Counted from the first letter of the stretch, positions 35,630-48,532 are shown. The stretch: DNA of 64,000 nt from Octopus sinensis (GCF_006345805.1 NC_043001.1:38874001-38938000); one strand, 5' to 3'. Notes: generated by a model not told the origin, from the sequence alone. Program-made: numbers and translations.

Positions 35630-37592
35630 TTTGAAAATGGCAACTAGAAACCACGTGGCTAGCCCGCCAGTCATGCAGAACGGTAGCAAAACACTATTGC
35701 TACCACTAGCTGCTAAACATCGCAGCGTGAACACCGCTGTCACCACCATCACCACCACCACAACAACAACAACAAATCTAACGTCGCATTCACCATCGCC
35801 GCGACCAAAGACATTACTTAGATTTCCCCTCACTCCCCACACCACTTGTTGATGATAAGGGACAGAGAAAGGGATTTCAAAAATGAATACAAACGAAACA
35901 TGAATGCCAGCACCACCACCATCACCACCACAACAACAACACAACGAATTGGCACAAAGCCGCCTACCAAGACACACCGCCAACAACACACCACTACTAC
36001 GACGTCAAATGCTACATCCAAGCCTTCTGCTGCTAATACCGCCAACACCAACACCACTACCATGACTTCAATACACTGCCACAATTAACACTTCTACTGC
36101 CAAATTCAAAACGAATTTTGCGGACGTAACAAAACAAAAGAACAATTGTAACATTCACCACACAAGAGATAACCGCACAAAGGCACTCTTCTCAAAGAAG
36201 GAGACAAATTGCACCTTCATATTCCACAACACATCGTGGAAAACACACAAAAAAACAATAATTTATAAAGTAATAACAAAAAAACAAGAAGAACAGAAAA
36301 TGCACCGCAGGAAAAAATCGATAAATGCCTTCGTCCTGCATGGGACTCCAAGGAATATATCAGTTGGGGAAACAAATTTGGTACAGTCCAAGTACGTTTC
36401 CTCAACGAAAGTTTAGCAAAACGTTTTTCCACATTGGAGCTGCATTCGGACGACTTGGTAATGATACCAGTCTATTTAAACAAAAGGGTCACGAAAGTCA
36501 AAATAAAACATACCATTTGATGTCGAAACACAATGGTTGGTCTCTGCCATCTGCTTTGAAATGTCAGAGACAAACATCCTGGAAATCGCGGTTCTAGGAG
36601 AGAAAGACTATGGGGCAAATCAATCGAATTCCTGCTTCAATTGGATGAAGCAGCAAGAGAGAAGATACCCACCGCTATAGAACTGCCAGGAGGCTACAAA
36701 CTCTATATAGTGGTAGAGGGCAGGCGACCACGCTGCTATTTGTGTGGAAGCGAAACACACTTGAAAAAGACGTGCCCAACCACTGCACACCAAGAGCAAC
36801 AACAACAACACTACCACAACCAAAGCACTCCGGAAAAAAAGCTCTACTACCCACACCACCATCAACACAGAAGACGACAAGAGAAGCACACCAAGCTAAT
36901 CCGTCATCAACCAAAACCACTCGACACCTGAAAAATACCAACACCACCATCAACAGCAAAAACCAAGGAACAGAAAAACAAAGAAACACACACAAACTGA
37001 TCCCCCATCCCTTATACCGCACTCAACACACACAAACACTCAACAACAACAACACGAAAACAACAACACAACCACTTACACAGACATACATAGAAGCCCA
37101 CAACACTACCCCTACCCCTTCTGATTCCTCAGAAATTTCGTCGGAAGACGAAACCAGTGAGGAATGGCAAATAGCTACAAAAAGAAGGAAAATAAAGAGC
37201 AGAAACACAACCAACCAATGCAAACACGAACAAAGCAGGGGGAATACATCTCCCGAAGACATTTCAAACCCAACGCAAACAACAGCCACACCAACACCCA
37301 AAAAACATATACAGCAAACATGCTCACAGCCATAGACACCAAAAACACAAATTTGATGGAATACATCCAATCAAAACAAACATAACAGAAGATGACATAA
37401 AACAAACATCACCCATACACAACACCACCAGACCACATCAAATATTACACATCTCCAAAAGTCTGCACCACACACTCAAAGGCATTTTCCCCAGTGCGTT
37501 GGTAAATGCCAAAAATATCTCACAAAGAAACTGTACTGGGATCTTCTCGAGGACAAACCACGGAGGAGAAAGCAAAAACTTTCGAGCAGTAA
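35630..37592 (+). pseudogene. LINE ORF1 (L1/Tx1-like RRM plus CCHC knuckle), frameshifted and truncated by the gap
   Basis: GTVQVRFLNESLAKRF..VTKVKIK..IELPGGYKLYIVVEGRRPR-CYLCGSETHLKKTC (CX2CX4HX4C at 36734-36775). Confidence 0.75.
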
Positions 37593-37692
37593 NNNNNNNN
37601 NNNNNNNNNNNNNNNNNNNNNNNNNNNNNNNNNNNNNNNNNNNNNNNNNNNNNNNNNNNNNNNNNNNNNNNNNNNNNNNNNNNNNNNNNNNN
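37593..37692. other. Assembly gap (100 N)
   Basis: Run of N. Confidence 1.
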
Positions 37693-38244
37693 AGGTATGT
37701 CATATTTTCCGCTGTTTGTCTTTTTATTTAATCCTGAAAATATATTTATATATATATACATACACACACGCACATATAGTCTGATATAATAATAATAATA
37801 ATTATAATATTTTGGAATACAAAAATTCCTTTTTCAGATATCGCTAAGAATTGTTCGAATCACTGCTATAATTGGTTTTCCAGTGGTTACTGAAATGTTT
37901 TTTCTTTTCCCGGAAGCATCTCTGCAGTGATCTCATGAAGTTCCTTCTGGAATTCCTCATGGGAAGTGCGTGAGGGCAGCCATGTCTCAAGCTCGTGTGT
38001 ATTGGCACATCTGTGGCACTGCTTCTAGGTATTGTACGTGCAATTTCTTTTTCTTTTCTTTTTTCTTCTTTCTTTTTTTTTAAATGACACACCAGCATGT
38101 TATCAAAAATGAACCTACACACATCCTGATGTAGCTAAATAATATATTGATTGCCAATCTCCAGTCTGTTGGTAATTTGGGTCTCTAGTCTGTTTGAGGA
38201 TCATCATCATCATTATCGTTTAACGTCCGCTTTCTATGCTAGTA

Positions 38245-39135
38245 TGGGTTGGACCTATGGATAGCTTCCTTAATTCTTAGATTACCCAAATTTCTTTCAT
38301 TGGCCTCAGTTGTGACTGTTATGCTTTTGTCATTGTTCCAGCATCTATCTAGTTGTTTTCTGAAGGAGGAGGCTCTTGTGTTCAGATGTTCTTTGATGCG
38401 AATGTGTAACGGTCTTGTTGTGCCACCCACATAGAATTTGTTGCATTTGTTATATTGTATCCTGTACACAATATTTACCCGTTGGCATAAATCTGTGGCA
38501 TGGATGGGGCTGTTAGCTAGTGTGCATTGATTGCTGTCCCTTGCTCGTTTCTTTGCTAGGTATCTTCCCAGAGAGGGACCAGAGTGGCTAGTTGTATGTC
38601 TAGTCTTTCTCTTCTTATGGCTCTTCAGATGGATGTAGTTATCCTCTCACTAAAATAGGGTATTTTAAGGAAGTATGTGTAACTGGATTTTCTGTGTTCA
38701 GCTTGTTTGTCATCTTGGGTACTTAAGCTGATTTACAAGGGATATAAGGTACCCGTTGGTTTTCAATATCTCTAGGAAGCATGTAGTGTGGGTCAGCTTG
38801 TCCTCTGTCCTGCTGCACTTGCTCTTGATGCGTACAAGTTCATTACTGGTGTATCCTATTTTGGCACCGAGTGGAAGGGCTGAACTGTACTGAAAAAACA
38901 TATCTTTACTGGCTGCTTTCTTGTAGAATTCAGTGTGGATCTTTCCTTCCTCCATTATTTTCAGTTGGAAGTCAAGTAGTGATAGTGACCCAATGTTGTT
39001 GGGATGCTCTATAGTGTACCATATGTTCATGTCCATGTCCATGTATGTTGCGAATATTCTGTCTGCCTTTTCACGGGTGAAGAGAGCACATGAATGGCAG
39101 ATGTTGAGTGCTTGACGTTCCAGATGGTTCATATA
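38245..39135 (-). mobile_element. Penelope-like element fragment (RT C-terminus plus GIY-YIG)
   Basis: IEHPNNIGSLSLLDFQLKI..NGY; CNKFYVGGTTRPLHIRIKEHL..LRIKEAI. Confidence 0.9.
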
Positions 39136-39544
39136 AGTGATGGCTACTAAGCCCCATTATCCTCTCACTATTTTTCAATGCTTCCTTCGATCTTTCCACC
39201 ACCACCACCAAGAGGGCAAAGACATCCACTTTAGGAACCACTGTATTAGATTAACACTCAGTGACAGTTTTAGATGGGGAAAATAGGAGCAGAAATGATG
39301 TTTCAAGCATGGCTTTCCATCAGACAGAGGAAAAAGTGATGAGAAGATAAAAAGGAGGAAAGAGCAGATAGTCTGGAGAAAAGGAAGGAATGAGGGGCAG
39401 ACAGGGAGAGGAAGTGGAGGTGTAGAGAGAAGAGAATGAGCTGGAGATAAGGGAAGGAGCACCATTCACCAAATGTCTTAATAATGGTCAATCACTCAGT
39501 AATTTCCCTTTGTATAATGGTCATTTTTCATAGCATTTTTCCGA

Positions 39545-39618
39545 TGGCCGGATAACTGAAGAGATGGTGGCGTAGATTTCCACCTCGGCATCCGAAACTC
39601 AGAGTTTTATCATGGCTA
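39545..39618 (+). ncRNA. Type I hammerhead ribozyme in a Penelope-type terminal repeat fragment
   Basis: gataa-CTGAAGA-gatggtgg..ccacc..catcc-GAAA-ctc a gag-TT|-ttatc; all core nucleotides intact; predicted GUU cleavage after 39606. Confidence 0.85.
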
Positions 39619-39718
39619 CCGAATAACTGTCACATATAACATTTACAGATAAATTCCTCTATTTACATAATATCGAGGTCTCTTTCTTTTGTTGTCTTAC
39701 CATTTTTATCTATCTATC

Positions 39719-39750
<32 letters not shown>

Positions 39751-39769
39751 AGTTAATCCAAACAAGAAA

Positions 39770-39826
<57 letters not shown>

Positions 39827-39949
39827 TCAGTACAATTAAAGTTTACAAACTTCATTCAGGGATAGCAAAATCCTATGAAAATACTGGTTAGTTACCTAAA
39901 GAATATTGAATATTACATATAATACTCAACTGCAAGGTAACTACATAAA

Positions 39950-40160
39950 CTGTTACTCTTTTATTTGTTTCAGTCATTTGATTGTGGACATGCTGGAGCA
40001 CCGCCTTTAGTCGAGCAAATCAACCCCAGGACTTATTCTTTATAAGCCTAGTACTTATTCTATCAGTCTCTTTTGTCGAACCGCTAAGTTACGGGGACAT
40101 AAACACACCAGTATCGGTTGTCAAGTGATGTTGGGGGCACAAACACAGAGACACAAAACA
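39950..40160 (-). repeat. SINE copy
   Basis: tactcttttatttgtttcagtcatttg..catgctggagcaccgcc..ggcacaaacacag; homologous to 29660-29880. Confidence 0.75.
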
Positions 40161-40991
40161 CACACATCCTGCTGCACTTCCAACATCATCTTCTTCTGTC
40201 TGTCTTTCACTCTGACTCTAACTCTCCTTTCTTTTTCTACTGGTGTAGCCAAGTATGGTAAGACATCTCTCTATCTCTCTATTACACTTTAACCTCTCAA
40301 CTGGCACAATGCTTCTTTGCTTACTCCCAGCCAAGAGGTTTTTGTCTTGCATGTTACTTTGCAATCCAATGTAAAGTGGTTAGAATTAGGAAGGACGTCC
40401 AGGCATAGAAATCTTGCCAAAGCAGACAATGGATCCTGATGTAGTTCTCCAGCTTGCCATTTCCTGTCAAACCATCTATTCCATGCTAGCAGGAATATAG
40501 ATGTTAAAACATGATGACATTGATGATGATGATGGTGCTTGCATTCATGCAGATGTCTGAATGTATATATATGTATGTATAAATATATATTTTTGGCTTA
40601 TACCTAAATACTGCTTGGTGCTAATATTACTGTAACTTTCATGACCTTGGTGGTCTACTGGCGCACATCAGTAATTGTTGTTGACTGTGTTTTAGTTAAA
40701 GGTCTGTCCAGAGTTGTCTCTCTTTGGTATTTCACATTGATAATGGCTAGAAGCTAAAAACATCCATGTCTGAGAATCTGACAGGTGACAGCACTGGATA
40801 GATATGGTGTTTTTACACCTTTTTTTACAGTAAGAGAGAATTTTTCTCTCTGGTAACTGCTCTGAATTTGCCTTTTGTATTTGAAATATGTCACAAACAT
40901 AAATTTAGCTTATACCTAAACTGCTTGGCACAGATACTACAGTAATACATACACATACACACACACACACACATATATTGTGTGATACAAA

Positions 40992-41378
40992 CAAAAGTTG
41001 ATATTTTTTTAATGCAGTGTTATCATTTGAACAGCGGAAGTAATGGGTAAATACCCTTAAAAGGTGGAAAAAGTTGTTGACAAACAGCCATGGGACTTGA
41101 ATCCACATCCCCCAAGACTCCAGCTGAGTGATTTGCCATTAAGTTAAACTGCCTGCTGACAAATTCATCTGCCGATTTAGATGCTAAATAACTTATTGAA
41201 CAACCACGCATGTTGCTTTTATTAGAAGTGTCAAAATGTGCATTGTACAATACAAATAAGATGTTGATATTTTTTCAAACAAAGTTTGTTGACAACTTTT
41301 TTCGCCTTGTAAAGCTATTTACCCATTATCTCTGTTGTTCTGACAGCAATACTGCAATAAAAAAACATCAGCTTCTTG
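40992..41378. repeat. Diverged inverted repeat (about 95-bp arms) around a tRNA-like head
   Basis: 40992-41085 versus 41284-41378; the ORF track shows homologous peptides on opposite strands. Confidence 0.8.
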
Positions 41379-42335
41379 TTTCTTTCATAGAATACATATT
41401 TCAATGCTCCAAATAAAAATTACCATTAGTTTGTTTATATTTATATGCATGCACACACACACACACACACACAGAAGTATATAAGTATAGATATATGTGT
41501 ACATATGTATGTGTGTACATGTATATACATAAATATATGTATTTTCTCTATCTTGTTTTCACTCCTCTTAATATTTTAAACTCTTTGAAGAATTATAGAC
41601 AGAGGTTCTATACATTTTTCAACATGTATACTTTTGTGACACCAATTCTATAATGAAACATGCGTAACGTAAAATTAAATTATACCAAACATTTTCATTC
41701 TTCTGTTTTGACATTTGTATTTGTGCGTGTGTGTGTATGCATGCATATGTTTGGGTGTGTGTAGTGTACATATTACTATTATATATATTAACTGTATATA
41801 TATAATTCTGAAAGTAATGGCATTAATTATACTTACTGTTTGGCTTGGATGAAATTGCATTAGCACGTGCCGCATCTTTAAAAGAGAAAATGAAAAATTA
41901 TTTATTGTTTGTATGTGTGAGTGTGGTGCATGATATTTGAAATGAACTACTTCTAAGATGCATTGAAAAATATCAATAATATAATATTATAATAAAATAT
42001 ATGGATATAGATGATACAGAAAAGTCAAATAAAAATAATTGACATATATAGGAGTGCATAATAAATTTAACTATCATTGCAAGTGTGATAAATCAAGAAA
42101 AAGAGCATTTTCTCTTCCACTTTTTCATACTCAGCATTAAAAGTGGATAGATGATCAAGTCCTTTTGTTGTTGTTTACACCCAAGTCAGACATATGATCA
42201 AATGCATTTCCTTCATTGCATCAAAACACTGAAGTAAGATCTGGACCTCCAATCCATTGAATCCTGTCAATCCATCCAATTCATATCACCATAGAAAGTA
42301 GAAACAGCATGATGTTATATTATATGTGTAGAGGA

Positions 42336-42411
42336 GTAGACATGGCTGTGCGGTTAAGAAGCTTGCTTTGCAACCATGTGGTTTGAGGTTCAGTCCCACT
42401 GAGTGGCACCA
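42336..42411 (+). repeat. tRNA-derived SINE head
   Basis: A-box-like tggctgtgcggt and B-box-like ggttcagtccc. Confidence 0.7.
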
Positions 42412-42630
42412 TCTTTCTTTGTTTTCACATTTTGACTTCTTTTCAGATGGCAAGTTACCAATAACCTTTGTTACAACATTTTTTGAAATAGTTTGTGTAA
42501 ATAATCAATATGTTTACTTAACTGAGAAATGTGTGGAAAAATAAAATCAACTGATTCACTATTAATTCAATTCTGAATTTGATCTGCAAGAATTTCAAGA
42601 ACTTTTACCTATATACATATATACATGCAC

Positions 42631-45600
42631 CAGGGGCGTGCACTCTCAGCAATGCAAGGTATGTGCTGCATGCCTTCCTTGTTTCAAAGAAAATACGTCC
42701 AGTTGTTTTAGAAATATTGTCTCCACTTCGTACATCTGCTTTGATAAATGCTTTTAGAAGATCGCATGATACACACTCCCTCTCTGTCTGTATTAGTTTG
42801 TCCTTCCTTCCTCTCTCTCTCTCTCTCTCTATCTTAGTGACTCGATAAATTTATCGCTTGTCATGCGTTGGGAAGACAGCATGAGTCCCTTCTCTCTGTC
42901 TTTGATAGTTTGTCCCTTCTCCCTCTTTCTTTGTTTAAAAGATATACTACGAGGAATGGTCACCCCCTTCTCTCTCAGCGATTCGACAAATTCAGTTTGG
43001 CGTGTCATGCTGTGCTTAGATCGCATATCACGCCTCTGGCTATTTTGACCGGAACACGAGCCGTCCCATAATTCTTGTTTTAGCCAGCTGAAATGTTGGA
43101 ATAGCCTTCGCATGTAAGTTTGAAATTTTTTATCCAAAACATCCGTTTGCACTATCATATTTTTAGAAAGTTTTGAAAGCAAAAATATCTACATTATATT
43201 TCTTATTTCAGAAATAGCTAATTAATCTTAAATTAATTTAACAAAGGGTATTTTTCCGTTTTGTTGAAATTGACTTAAAATTTACGCCGGCGCTTCCACG
43301 TGGGTCCTTAAATAAGAGCAGCCTTTTTAAAAATGAGTGAAATGTGTGCTATAAACGATATTTTGAGAACTAGTTTTTCTAAAAGGGACTTCGATGGGAA
43401 AAAATTAATTATAAATCGCGGGAGACCAACACCGAATTTACCTAATTTGCGAAGCTACAACAAGAAATTCACGAGACAATTTCAGGTTAATTCGTATGAA
43501 AAGAAGAAATGCTTTACTGGAAGTGTTGCTCTTAATAAATTATTCTGTTGGCCGTGTTTACTTTTTGGCTTAGAAAAAAATGTTTGGAATGATAAAGGCT
43601 ATGATGATTTAAATAATTTACATATGGCTATGCTAAAGCACGAGCGTTCTCAAAGGCATATAAAATGTTTGATAGACCTTAAAATATTCGGGAATGTTCG
43701 CATAGACTTACAATTAGATGCACGTAAAAATCAAAGCATACAACAGCATAATGAGAAAGTTCGACGAAACAGATCCATTCTGCAACGATTGATCGATGTT
43801 GTTATATTTTTAGGCCTCCAGGAATTATCGTTTTGGGGTCATTTTGAATCTGAAGGCTCTAATAATCGGGGAAATTATAAAGAACTCGTTTATTTGATCA
43901 GTAAGTATGACAAACAAATGGAAAGTCATTTAGATACAGCTTCTATCTTCACTGGTCTGTCGAACAGAATTCAAAATGACTTGATCGAAGCAATTCATAA
44001 AGTTATGTTGAATGAGATGCAGAAGGAAATTGACCAAGCTAAGTTTGTTTCTATTCTTGTTGATGAGACATCTGATGTCTCAGCATCTTCACAACTGTCA
44101 ACAGTTTTACGTTATGTTACAGAAGACTGTGTGACGAAAGAACGATTTATCGGTTTTAGTGATGTTAGTGCAGATCGATCTGCAAATGCTTTATCTGAAC
44201 ATGTTTTTAAATGCATTGAGACGTGGGAATGTGGAAACAAATTGATTGCGCAGACATATGATGGTGCCGCTACAATGGCAGGACAACTAAATGGGTTACA
44301 GGCAAAAGTAAGAAAGAAATATGAATGTGCGATCTTTATTCATTGTTGTGCCCAAATCCTAAATTTAGTTCTTTCACAATCATGCTCTGCTATGAAAGAA
44401 TGCAAGATATTTTTTTCTACAATAAATGGACTCGGTACATTTTTTACGAAATCACCGAAAAGGACTAATGCATTAGATAATATTGTTAAAAAAAGATTTC
44501 CGAAAGCAACAGCAACTAGATGGAATTACTCCTCACGTCTTATTATTACCATAAAGGAAAATTATAATTTCATAATCAGCCTTTTTGAACACATCATTGA
44601 AAATCCTGAAGCATGGGATGAGACTACCATAAATTCAGCAATTGGATTCTTACATATTTTAAAAGCTCCTGATTTCTTATTTTTGTTAGAGGTATTCAGT
44701 GACATTTTTTCTTTTACTGACGTCTTATTTAACATACTCCAGAGTAAAAGTCATGACATAGTGTATTGTAAACAGCAAATAGATAAAACTAGAACTGTAC
44801 TCGAAAACAAACTTGATAATTTTTCAGTCTTTTATGATAGGTTAGGGGAAAAATATGGAGTCGATGCAGGAATCGGAATTCAGAGATCCAAGAATATATC
44901 TATTGATCCCCAACGACATTATAGAACGCTTTATAACAAAATTATAAGTACAATAGTTGACCAAATAAAAGCACGATATTCATCCTTAGAAGAGTTTAAA
45001 TTCATGGAACTTTTGAATTTCAACAAAGTTGATGAGTATTGCAAACAATTTCCTGTGGACTCTTTAGATTCTTTAAGAACAACTTATGGCAGATTTTTTG
45101 ATGTAATACGATTACAAAGTGAGCTCAATGTGATGTATTCAATGAAAGATTTTAAAAAACCAAGTGTAAGTCATTTAATGAGTTACATTAACAGCACTGA
45201 TCTTGTTGAAGCTATGCCAGAACTCTTCAATCTGTGCAAGTTGATTTTGACAATTCCGTCTACCACTGCTTCTGTAGAGCGATCCTTTTCTGCATTAAGT
45301 AGAATTAAAACATACCAAAGAAATGCGACAGGAGAAAGAAGACTGTCTGGGTTAGCACTAATGTCAATTGAAAAAGATTTATTACAAGAATTGATGAAAA
45401 GAGAAGATTTCTATGAAAATGTGATAGATATATTTGCCCAGAAAGATCGAAGAATTGAATTAATTTATAAATGAGCTAAGTAACATTTTAAAACATTAAA
45501 AAAAATATATATTAAAGAGCATATATTACAGGTTTTGCTTAGTGTTTGTTATAACGTAAGGTTCGACCTTCTTACATCAGTATTGTTTCGCAGGAGAAAT

Positions 45601-46433
45601 GTTTTGATTTCTTCGTGAAACCTACCTACATAGATTTCCCTTTCTGTGCTGCTGGGTGTAGTCTATTTACGGCCGTAAATAAGTGTTTTGTTTCACTTTC
45701 AATAAGTGTCTTGTTTCAATCTCAGAGATGTTGACTTCTGCCACAACAGTTTTGGGAGGCTTTTTACAATGTTGAATTTTCGCTGTCTTTCATTGTGTGC
45801 GTATTCATGTATATGCGTGTATTTTCAATGTTTGTGCGTGAGACGTAGTCCTTTAATGTACGGAGTTCAGTAAGTCTCAGAACAGTCAATAATTTTCCTG
45901 GAATTGACAAGTAGCATGATAAAGAACCTGACTTGTCTTCGAGAGCGTAACGATCTAAAACCATGGCCATATAATGTAACTAAATGTGTTCTTTTAATTA
46001 AATCATTTCATTCAGCTCAACCGATAGGTATAGGGGCTAATGCAGAATCGCACCCCTTTGAAAAACGAATTTATGTGAAAATTTTTTTTCGGATTCCTAC
46101 CTTTAACAGAGATTCTGAATATGCAAAAATATTGACAGAATCCAATTTCATCTTTATTACATTTCACTTATGATTTTTAGACTTTTCTAAGGGAGAATGA
46201 GGATGGGAAAGTACTGACGTTTTGAAGAGCAAAGAATAATACAAACAATACACTTATTTCAGGATCATCTCTGCACAGCCATTTTTTATTCCCTGTTTAT
46301 TCTGCATATTCAGAATCTCTTATATGTAAATCGTAGGAATACGAAAATGTTTTACTGAAAAATTGCCGGTGGGAGGTGGGGGGGCAATGAAATTAATTGC
46401 ATGCCCAACGCCGGAAGTCACCACACGCCACTG
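42631..46433 (+). mobile_element. Complete hAT DNA transposon, 3803 bp
   Basis: TSD ACATGCAC at 42623-42630 and 46434-46441; TIR CAG(G/T)GGCGTG; single long transposase ORF. Confidence 0.97.
43333..45474 (+). CDS. hAT transposase, 713 aa (ZMYM1-like, DUF4371 plus hAT dimerization domain)
   Basis: CWPC zinc-finger-like start; LVDETSD (D), YDGAATMAG (D), ATRW, TTASVERSFS (E). The CxxH motif reads CCAQ. Confidence 0.93.
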   Translation: MSEMCAINDILRTSFSKRDFDGKKLIINRGRPTPNLPNLRSYNKKFTRQFQVNSYEKKKCFTGSVALNKLFCWPCLLFGLEKNVWNDKGYDDLNNLHMAMLKHERSQRHIKCLIDLKIFGNVRIDLQLDARKNQSIQQHNEKVRRNRSILQRLIDVVIFLGLQELSFWGHFESEGSNNRGNYKELVYLISKYDKQMESHLDTASIFTGLSNRIQNDLIEAIHKVMLNEMQKEIDQAKFVSILVDETSDVSASSQLSTVLRYVTEDCVTKERFIGFSDVSADRSANALSEHVFKCIETWECGNKLIAQTYDGAATMAGQLNGLQAKVRKKYECAIFIHCCAQILNLVLSQSCSAMKECKIFFSTINGLGTFFTKSPKRTNALDNIVKKRFPKATATRWNYSSRLIITIKENYNFIISLFEHIIENPEAWDETTINSAIGFLHILKAPDFLFLLEVFSDIFSFTDVLFNILQSKSHDIVYCKQQIDKTRTVLENKLDNFSVFYDRLGEKYGVDAGIGIQRSKNISIDPQRHYRTLYNKIISTIVDQIKARYSSLEEFKFMELLNFNKVDEYCKQFPVDSLDSLRTTYGRFFDVIRLQSELNVMYSMKDFKKPSVSHLMSYINSTDLVEAMPELFNLCKLILTIPSTTASVERSFSALSRIKTYQRNATGERRLSGLALMSIEKDLLQELMKREDFYENVIDIFAQKDRRIELIYK

Positions 46434-46484
46434 ACATGCACACACATACACACACATACATTCATGTATTACTACTGGCACTTA

Positions 46485-46780
46485 GTCAGTTACAATGACA
46501 AGGGTTCCTGTTGATCCTATAAATTGAACAGCCTGCTTGTGAAATTAACATGGAATCAGCTGAGCATTCCGCAAACACACCCACCCTCAATGTAGTTCTC
46601 AGGAAGATTCAGTGCAACACAATCTGACACGTCCAGTCTGTTGAAATATAAGTACTAATCATTTTTGTCAGCTGAGTGAACTGAAGCAATGTGAAATAAA
46701 GTGTCTTGTTCCACCAGGAATCAAACACACGACCTTACAATCAGTAGCCAGATACCCTAACCACTAAGCAACATGCCTTT
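46485..46780 (-). repeat. Degenerate tRNA-derived SINE
   Basis: Same family as 57010-57115 and 57687-57830 (gaaattaac.tgcaag..gagcactcc). Confidence 0.7.
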
Positions 46781-47349
46781 GTAGTGAGTCAAGGAGGTGC
46801 TATATACAGTCGTGCTTTGGCAATTACAGCCAATCACAGCTGGTTGCATAGTTATAAATACAGCATCATCCATCCAGAAATGAATTCTGTTCCAGTCAAT
46901 CAGACAGCAGTTAGCAGAAGACTTTGACGAGAAAACAGCTATTTTCAGTGGGACTTCGGAAGGACACTACCCCTGATGGCATTACATCAACATAAACATC
47001 ATCATCACCATCATTGTTTAATGTCCGCCTTCCATGCTAGTATAGGTGGGACTCATTATAACACTGTAATCTTAGGGATATACATTAAGTTCACACAGCG
47101 AATCCCATTATTCTCTATGGATGGAACCTGCCTGTTTAAACTTCTTCCTACCTTTATTGTGGTATGCTTCTACTCATTTCTGTAATAGTAAGTTCAATGG
47201 CCTTCCTTGATTCCTACATACAACAATTGCCTACTCTCATTGCCATCCTAATAAATTACGATGTTTGTTCTAATATAGCCTTCTGATGTATTTTCTCAAT
47301 GCCTCACAGCTGCAGCTGTTTCATTGACTTTCCACATTGTGTATTTATT

Positions 47350-47870
47350 TGGCAACATGCTATTCTGAGACCTTTGGAGATATGCTGTGATTGAGAAGAC
47401 CCGGCAACTAAAGTCAGATTGCAGCCACACATGTCCAGCCCAGTTAAGAGTACCCCTGATGTATCGTGTGATATGATATGCTTGAAAAGACCTGTTGAGT
47501 CAAGTAAAACCAATATTGTAGCTGTGGCTAGTGCCCCCTGACTGGCTCCTGTGCCAGTGGCACATAAAAAGCACCATCTCAATGCAGTTGAAGCCAGATC
47601 TGCCTGACTGGCTCCCATGCTGGTGGCATGTAAAAGGCACCAACTAAACATGGCTAATGCCAATACCCGCTGACTGGCCCCCCTGCCGGTGGCATGTAAA
47701 AAGCACCCACTGCACTCTCGGAGTTGTTGGCTTTAGAAAGGGCTTCCAGTTGCAGAAACATTGCCAGATCAGATTGGAGCCTGGTGCAGCTGCTGGCTCT
47801 CCAGACCTCAGTCAAACAATCGAACCTGTGCATGCATGGAAAATGCACGTTAAATGATGATGATGATGAT
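47350..47870 (+). mobile_element. RTE 3' end and UTR with (GAT)n tail
   Basis: Repeated tgcc.gtggca..taaaaagcacc units, then gaaacattgccagatc and atgatgatgatgat. Confidence 0.8.
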
Positions 47871-48120
47871 ATATATATTGAATGGAGGAATAATTCACGA
47901 GAATTTTTCCCAAACTTAAAATACAAGCAGAAATAAAACACATAGGCAAAATGTTTTATGTTATTTGAAAGAGAACTTTTTGCTCTACAACCTTGGTTCC
48001 CAAACTTTTTCAAAATTTTCGTCCTATGGACCACCCTGCATTTTTTCGAGGCTTTGCAGAGCCACACCTCTGCTACAAAATGAGAAAACTAGGGTAGATG
48101 AACAAAAGAAAAAGACCTTG

Positions 48121-48450
48121 TCTATATATATAAAACGGAGAATGCGTGTCTGTCTGTCTGTCTGTCTGTCTACGTGTCTGTAGGTGTGGATCACTAAAAT
48201 TTGAGAAGCACCCAACTGATTTCATTCAAATTTTACACATGCATTACTTTGGGTCCATGCTGTGTCATAGGCCCAAAAAGTTTTCAACTTCTTGCCTAAC
48301 GCAAGCCTGGAGCAATCTCTTATCTTGTACGCTATTTCAGTATCATGTGTCAAAAGTGAAACAATAACATCTCCATTATTGTAATGTGAGATAATACTTT
48401 CAGGTTTAATAGTTTCATTATTAATACTGAAACTATTATCTCACTTACAT
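48121..48450 (+). mobile_element. Helitron-type 5' fragment (family F)
   Basis: TCTATATATATAAAA..(gtct)n..gatttcattcaaatttt; homologous to 62595-62830. Confidence 0.65.
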
Positions 48451-48464
48451 ACATGCATATATAC

Positions 48465-48496
<32 letters not shown>

Positions 48497-48532
48497 GCAT
48501 GTATATATACATTTGTACATTCATATGTATGC

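Noticed and set aside
42336-42411. Possible tRNA gene
   Set aside because: No cloverleaf or acceptor stem; it is a SINE head.
42447-42544. Strong acceptor, short frame and AATAAA (possible terminal exon)
   Set aside because: No upstream partner or homology; such signals are common in AT-rich DNA.
42829-43182. 117-aa antisense ORF in the hAT 5' region
   Set aside because: Partly derived from (GA)n-rich sequence; no domain evidence.
45664-45681. Perfect 18-bp palindrome TATTTACGGCCGTAAATA in the hAT 3' region
   Set aside because: A single short palindrome with no functional evidence.
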